From the NCBI GenBank assembly GCA_009602725.1, contig WELB01000005.1, positions 893,323-957,322 of the forward strand: a stretch of DNA of 64,000 nt, written 5' to 3'. The notes beneath the pieces were generated by a model. The model worked only from the letters and a program-made list of their open reading frames with translations, was not told where the DNA came from and searched no databases. Position numbers and translations under genes: made by a program. Source of the stretch: Spirogloea muscicola. Taxonomy: Eukaryota. Positions 61,801 through 64,000 of this stretch are shown here, in pieces; the stretch's first letter is position 1, and every line of letters starts with the position of its first letter.

Positions 61801-62444
61801 CGACCACCTGCTGCCGCTGCGCTCCGGGCCTGTGCCGCACGGTTGTTGCTGCACGTGCAGGCTCGCTCGTGGTTGGCCCGGCCGGACCGCGAGGTGAAGG
61901 TCCTCTGGCAGTGCTGGCACAGCAGTGATTCGGGCGAGTGAGGGGGGGGCGACGGCGGTGAAGCCGGCTCGCTCGGCGGGGTTGGAGGCGGCGGTGACGG
62001 GGGCGGCGTCGATGGCGCCGACTGCGGAAGGCTGGGCGGTTCGAGAGGCGGGATGGCAGAACCCCTGGCCGCCGCCGGCGGCGACGCCGGCGGCGGCCCG
62101 GAGTTTTGGAGGGGTGGCGGCGGCGGCGGCGGCGGCGCCCGCGACGTAGCGCGAGGTGGGGGAAAGCATGCGGGGCTCGCCGCCGGGCCGCCGCCAGGCT
62201 CCTGACGGTGGCTGAGCCAGCCGGGCTGGCCTCCGCCGGGGTGTTGATGCCGCAGGCCCCGCTCCAGCGCCGGGCCGGGCTGGTCGTGGGGCGGGCGGGG
62301 GCCCTCACGTGGGGCGGTGCCTCGGGCCGCTGAGGCGACGGCGATTGGGAGCTGCGAACCATGTGCCCACGTCGGCGTGGAAACGAGGAGAGCTCCCCCC
62401 CTACCGCGTTTCTGCTTCCCCGGCTCCCCCTGCCCCAGAAGCAA
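58873..62444 (-). mobile_element. Near-full-length CRE-like non-LTR retrotransposon (Zn finger + reverse transcriptase + restriction-like endonuclease), disrupted
   Basis: N-terminal CQHCQRTFTSRSGRANHERAC zinc finger; RT motifs ARGPS, LLALDKPSGGVRPIAIGE, AVDVINAFN, GTRQGDPL, FADD, LLGVPIG, RYGGLSL; C-terminal RLE (ILDV...AKELK...EFLPLAIDTHG). Split over five or more frames by frameshifts and stops. Confidence 0.92.
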
Positions 62445-62729
62445 GCGCGGCCAGATTAACTGGTGGCTGGGAGAGGCCAGCCCAAAGGAATGGACAAGGT
62501 GTGAAGGAGCCGGAGTGCTAAGAATGGGAGAAGGGCTCGCCCATCATGGACCTTGTCCATTCTTTCCCCCCTTCTGCCATAGCCTCTTCAGGCCCCCATT
62601 GGGAGAGCCACTTCTTCTTCAGGCCCCGCAGTCGCTGCTTAGCTCGTACTTTGGCCCCTTCGAACCTTGTCAATTCTTTTCGGGCTGGCTTCTCACAGCC
62701 CTTGCCCCCATTGGGAGAGCCACTTCTTC

Positions 62730-63256
62730 NNNNNNNNNNNNNNNNNNNNNNNNNNNNNNNNNNNNNNNNNNNNNNNNNNNNNNNNNNNNNNNNNNNNNNN
62801 NNNNNNNNNNNNNNNNNNNNNNNNNNNNNNNNNNNNNNNNNNNNNNNNNNNNNNNNNNNNNNNNNNNNNNNNNNNNNNNNNNNNNNNNNNNNNNNNNNNN
62901 NNNNNNNNNNNNNNNNNNNNNNNNNNNNNNNNNNNNNNNNNNNNNNNNNNNNNNNNNNNNNNNNNNNNNNNNNNNNNNNNNNNNNNNNNNNNNNNNNNNN
63001 NNNNNNNNNNNNNNNNNNNNNNNNNNNNNNNNNNNNNNNNNNNNNNNNNNNNNNNNNNNNNNNNNNNNNNNNNNNNNNNNNNNNNNNNNNNNNNNNNNNN
63101 NNNNNNNNNNNNNNNNNNNNNNNNNNNNNNNNNNNNNNNNNNNNNNNNNNNNNNNNNNNNNNNNNNNNNNNNNNNNNNNNNNNNNNNNNNNNNNNNNNNN
63201 NNNNNNNNNNNNNNNNNNNNNNNNNNNNNNNNNNNNNNNNNNNNNNNNNNNNNNNN
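62730..63256. other. Assembly gap (N run)
   Basis: Run of N. Confidence 1.
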
Positions 63257-64000
63257 CCGCCGCGCGCCGCGCCGCGCCGGCGCGCCGCCGCTGCCGCTCG
63301 CCCTTCCAGTCCCGCTGCTCCTCCTGGCCGCGGCGCTCGCCTGGCCAGCTGCCGGCCAGGTCCCCAGCTGTGAGTGCCTCCGCACGCTGCATTGCCCGCC
63401 TGCAACTCGGCTCCCTGTTAAGGCCAGCGGCGCTCGCCTGCTTCGTGCCTGCTGATGAGGCCCGTACCCTCCATGTAAAGCTACGTGACGAACTAGAGGT
63501 AAAGCCACTGCGATAGCGCGTAGTGTAGTGCAGCCTCCGACTGCAGCGCCCGGCCCTTCGCCAAGCCCTTCTCCCCAGCACAGTCCTTTCATGGTCAGAC
63601 TGTGACGGTCTTGAGCTCGGCAGCACGGCCCCCTCTCTCGCGGACGCCTTGGTGCCAGCAGGAGGCAATGCAGTCTAAGATCTCCGGGGCTCAGCCCGAT
63701 AAGTGCGCATGTAAAGCATGCTTCCGCTTCGTGCTAGCCCGTCACCGCTCTCGTCGCTCTCAAACAGCAGCATCGTAATGAGACAGGCCTGGGCCGGTTG
63801 GGAGCAACCGAGATTTGTCCTGGCAGGGCTTGTCGGCGGCACTGCTGAGCCACGAGATAGTCCGCCGTCAATTCGGTACTGTGACCGGAATCACATGTTC
63901 CAGGCTTGACCTCTGTCACCTGCTACTGTGCATCACATTGCAGTTCCACTGCTGATCGACTGCGGGAGCAATGTCACCACGACAGACGCCGACAATGTCA
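63257..64000 (+). CDS. 5' part of a second malectin-like domain receptor (partial)
   Basis: Signal-peptide exon ...LPLALPVPLLLLAAALAWPAAGQVPS ending at 63369 (GTGAGT donor, phase 1) splices to 63944 giving FPLLIDCGSNVTTTDADNV; IDCG is the malectin-like N-terminal motif. Runs off the window. Confidence 0.65.

Noticed and set aside
62317..63668. Long ORFs spanning the N run
   Set aside because: Artefacts of translating through the assembly gap.

Overview
Eukaryotic, intron-rich genomic DNA from a green plant lineage (gene content and style suggest a streptophyte alga; inference), with three assembly gaps. Recognisable multi-exon genes: a Nu/Ure2p-class glutathione transferase with a transit-peptide-like N-terminus, an AGO1-like Argonaute with an intact DEDH tetrad, MED31, V-ATPase subunit E, a U-box/ARM E3 ligase, a malectin-like/GDPC/LRR receptor kinase, a VFB/SKIP2-like F-box-LRR protein, a Gfo/Idh/MocA oxidoreductase and the 5' end of a second malectin-like receptor. 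Manual splicing of the first 11 kb reveals three paralogous genes, invisible in the ORF track, for small secreted proteins: signal peptide + Lys/His/Pro-rich linker + a six-cysteine domain C-X17-C-X7-8-CC-X21-27-C-X22-C with shared intron positions. Intergenic DNA is dominated by a CRE-like (restriction-like endonuclease) non-LTR retrotransposon family: one decayed near-full-length copy, one 5'-truncated copy and many short 3'-end fragments with two conserved 3'UTR motifs, piled up upstream of genes. Also present: a ~390 bp near-perfect foldback and a structured 92 bp intronic tandem duplication.
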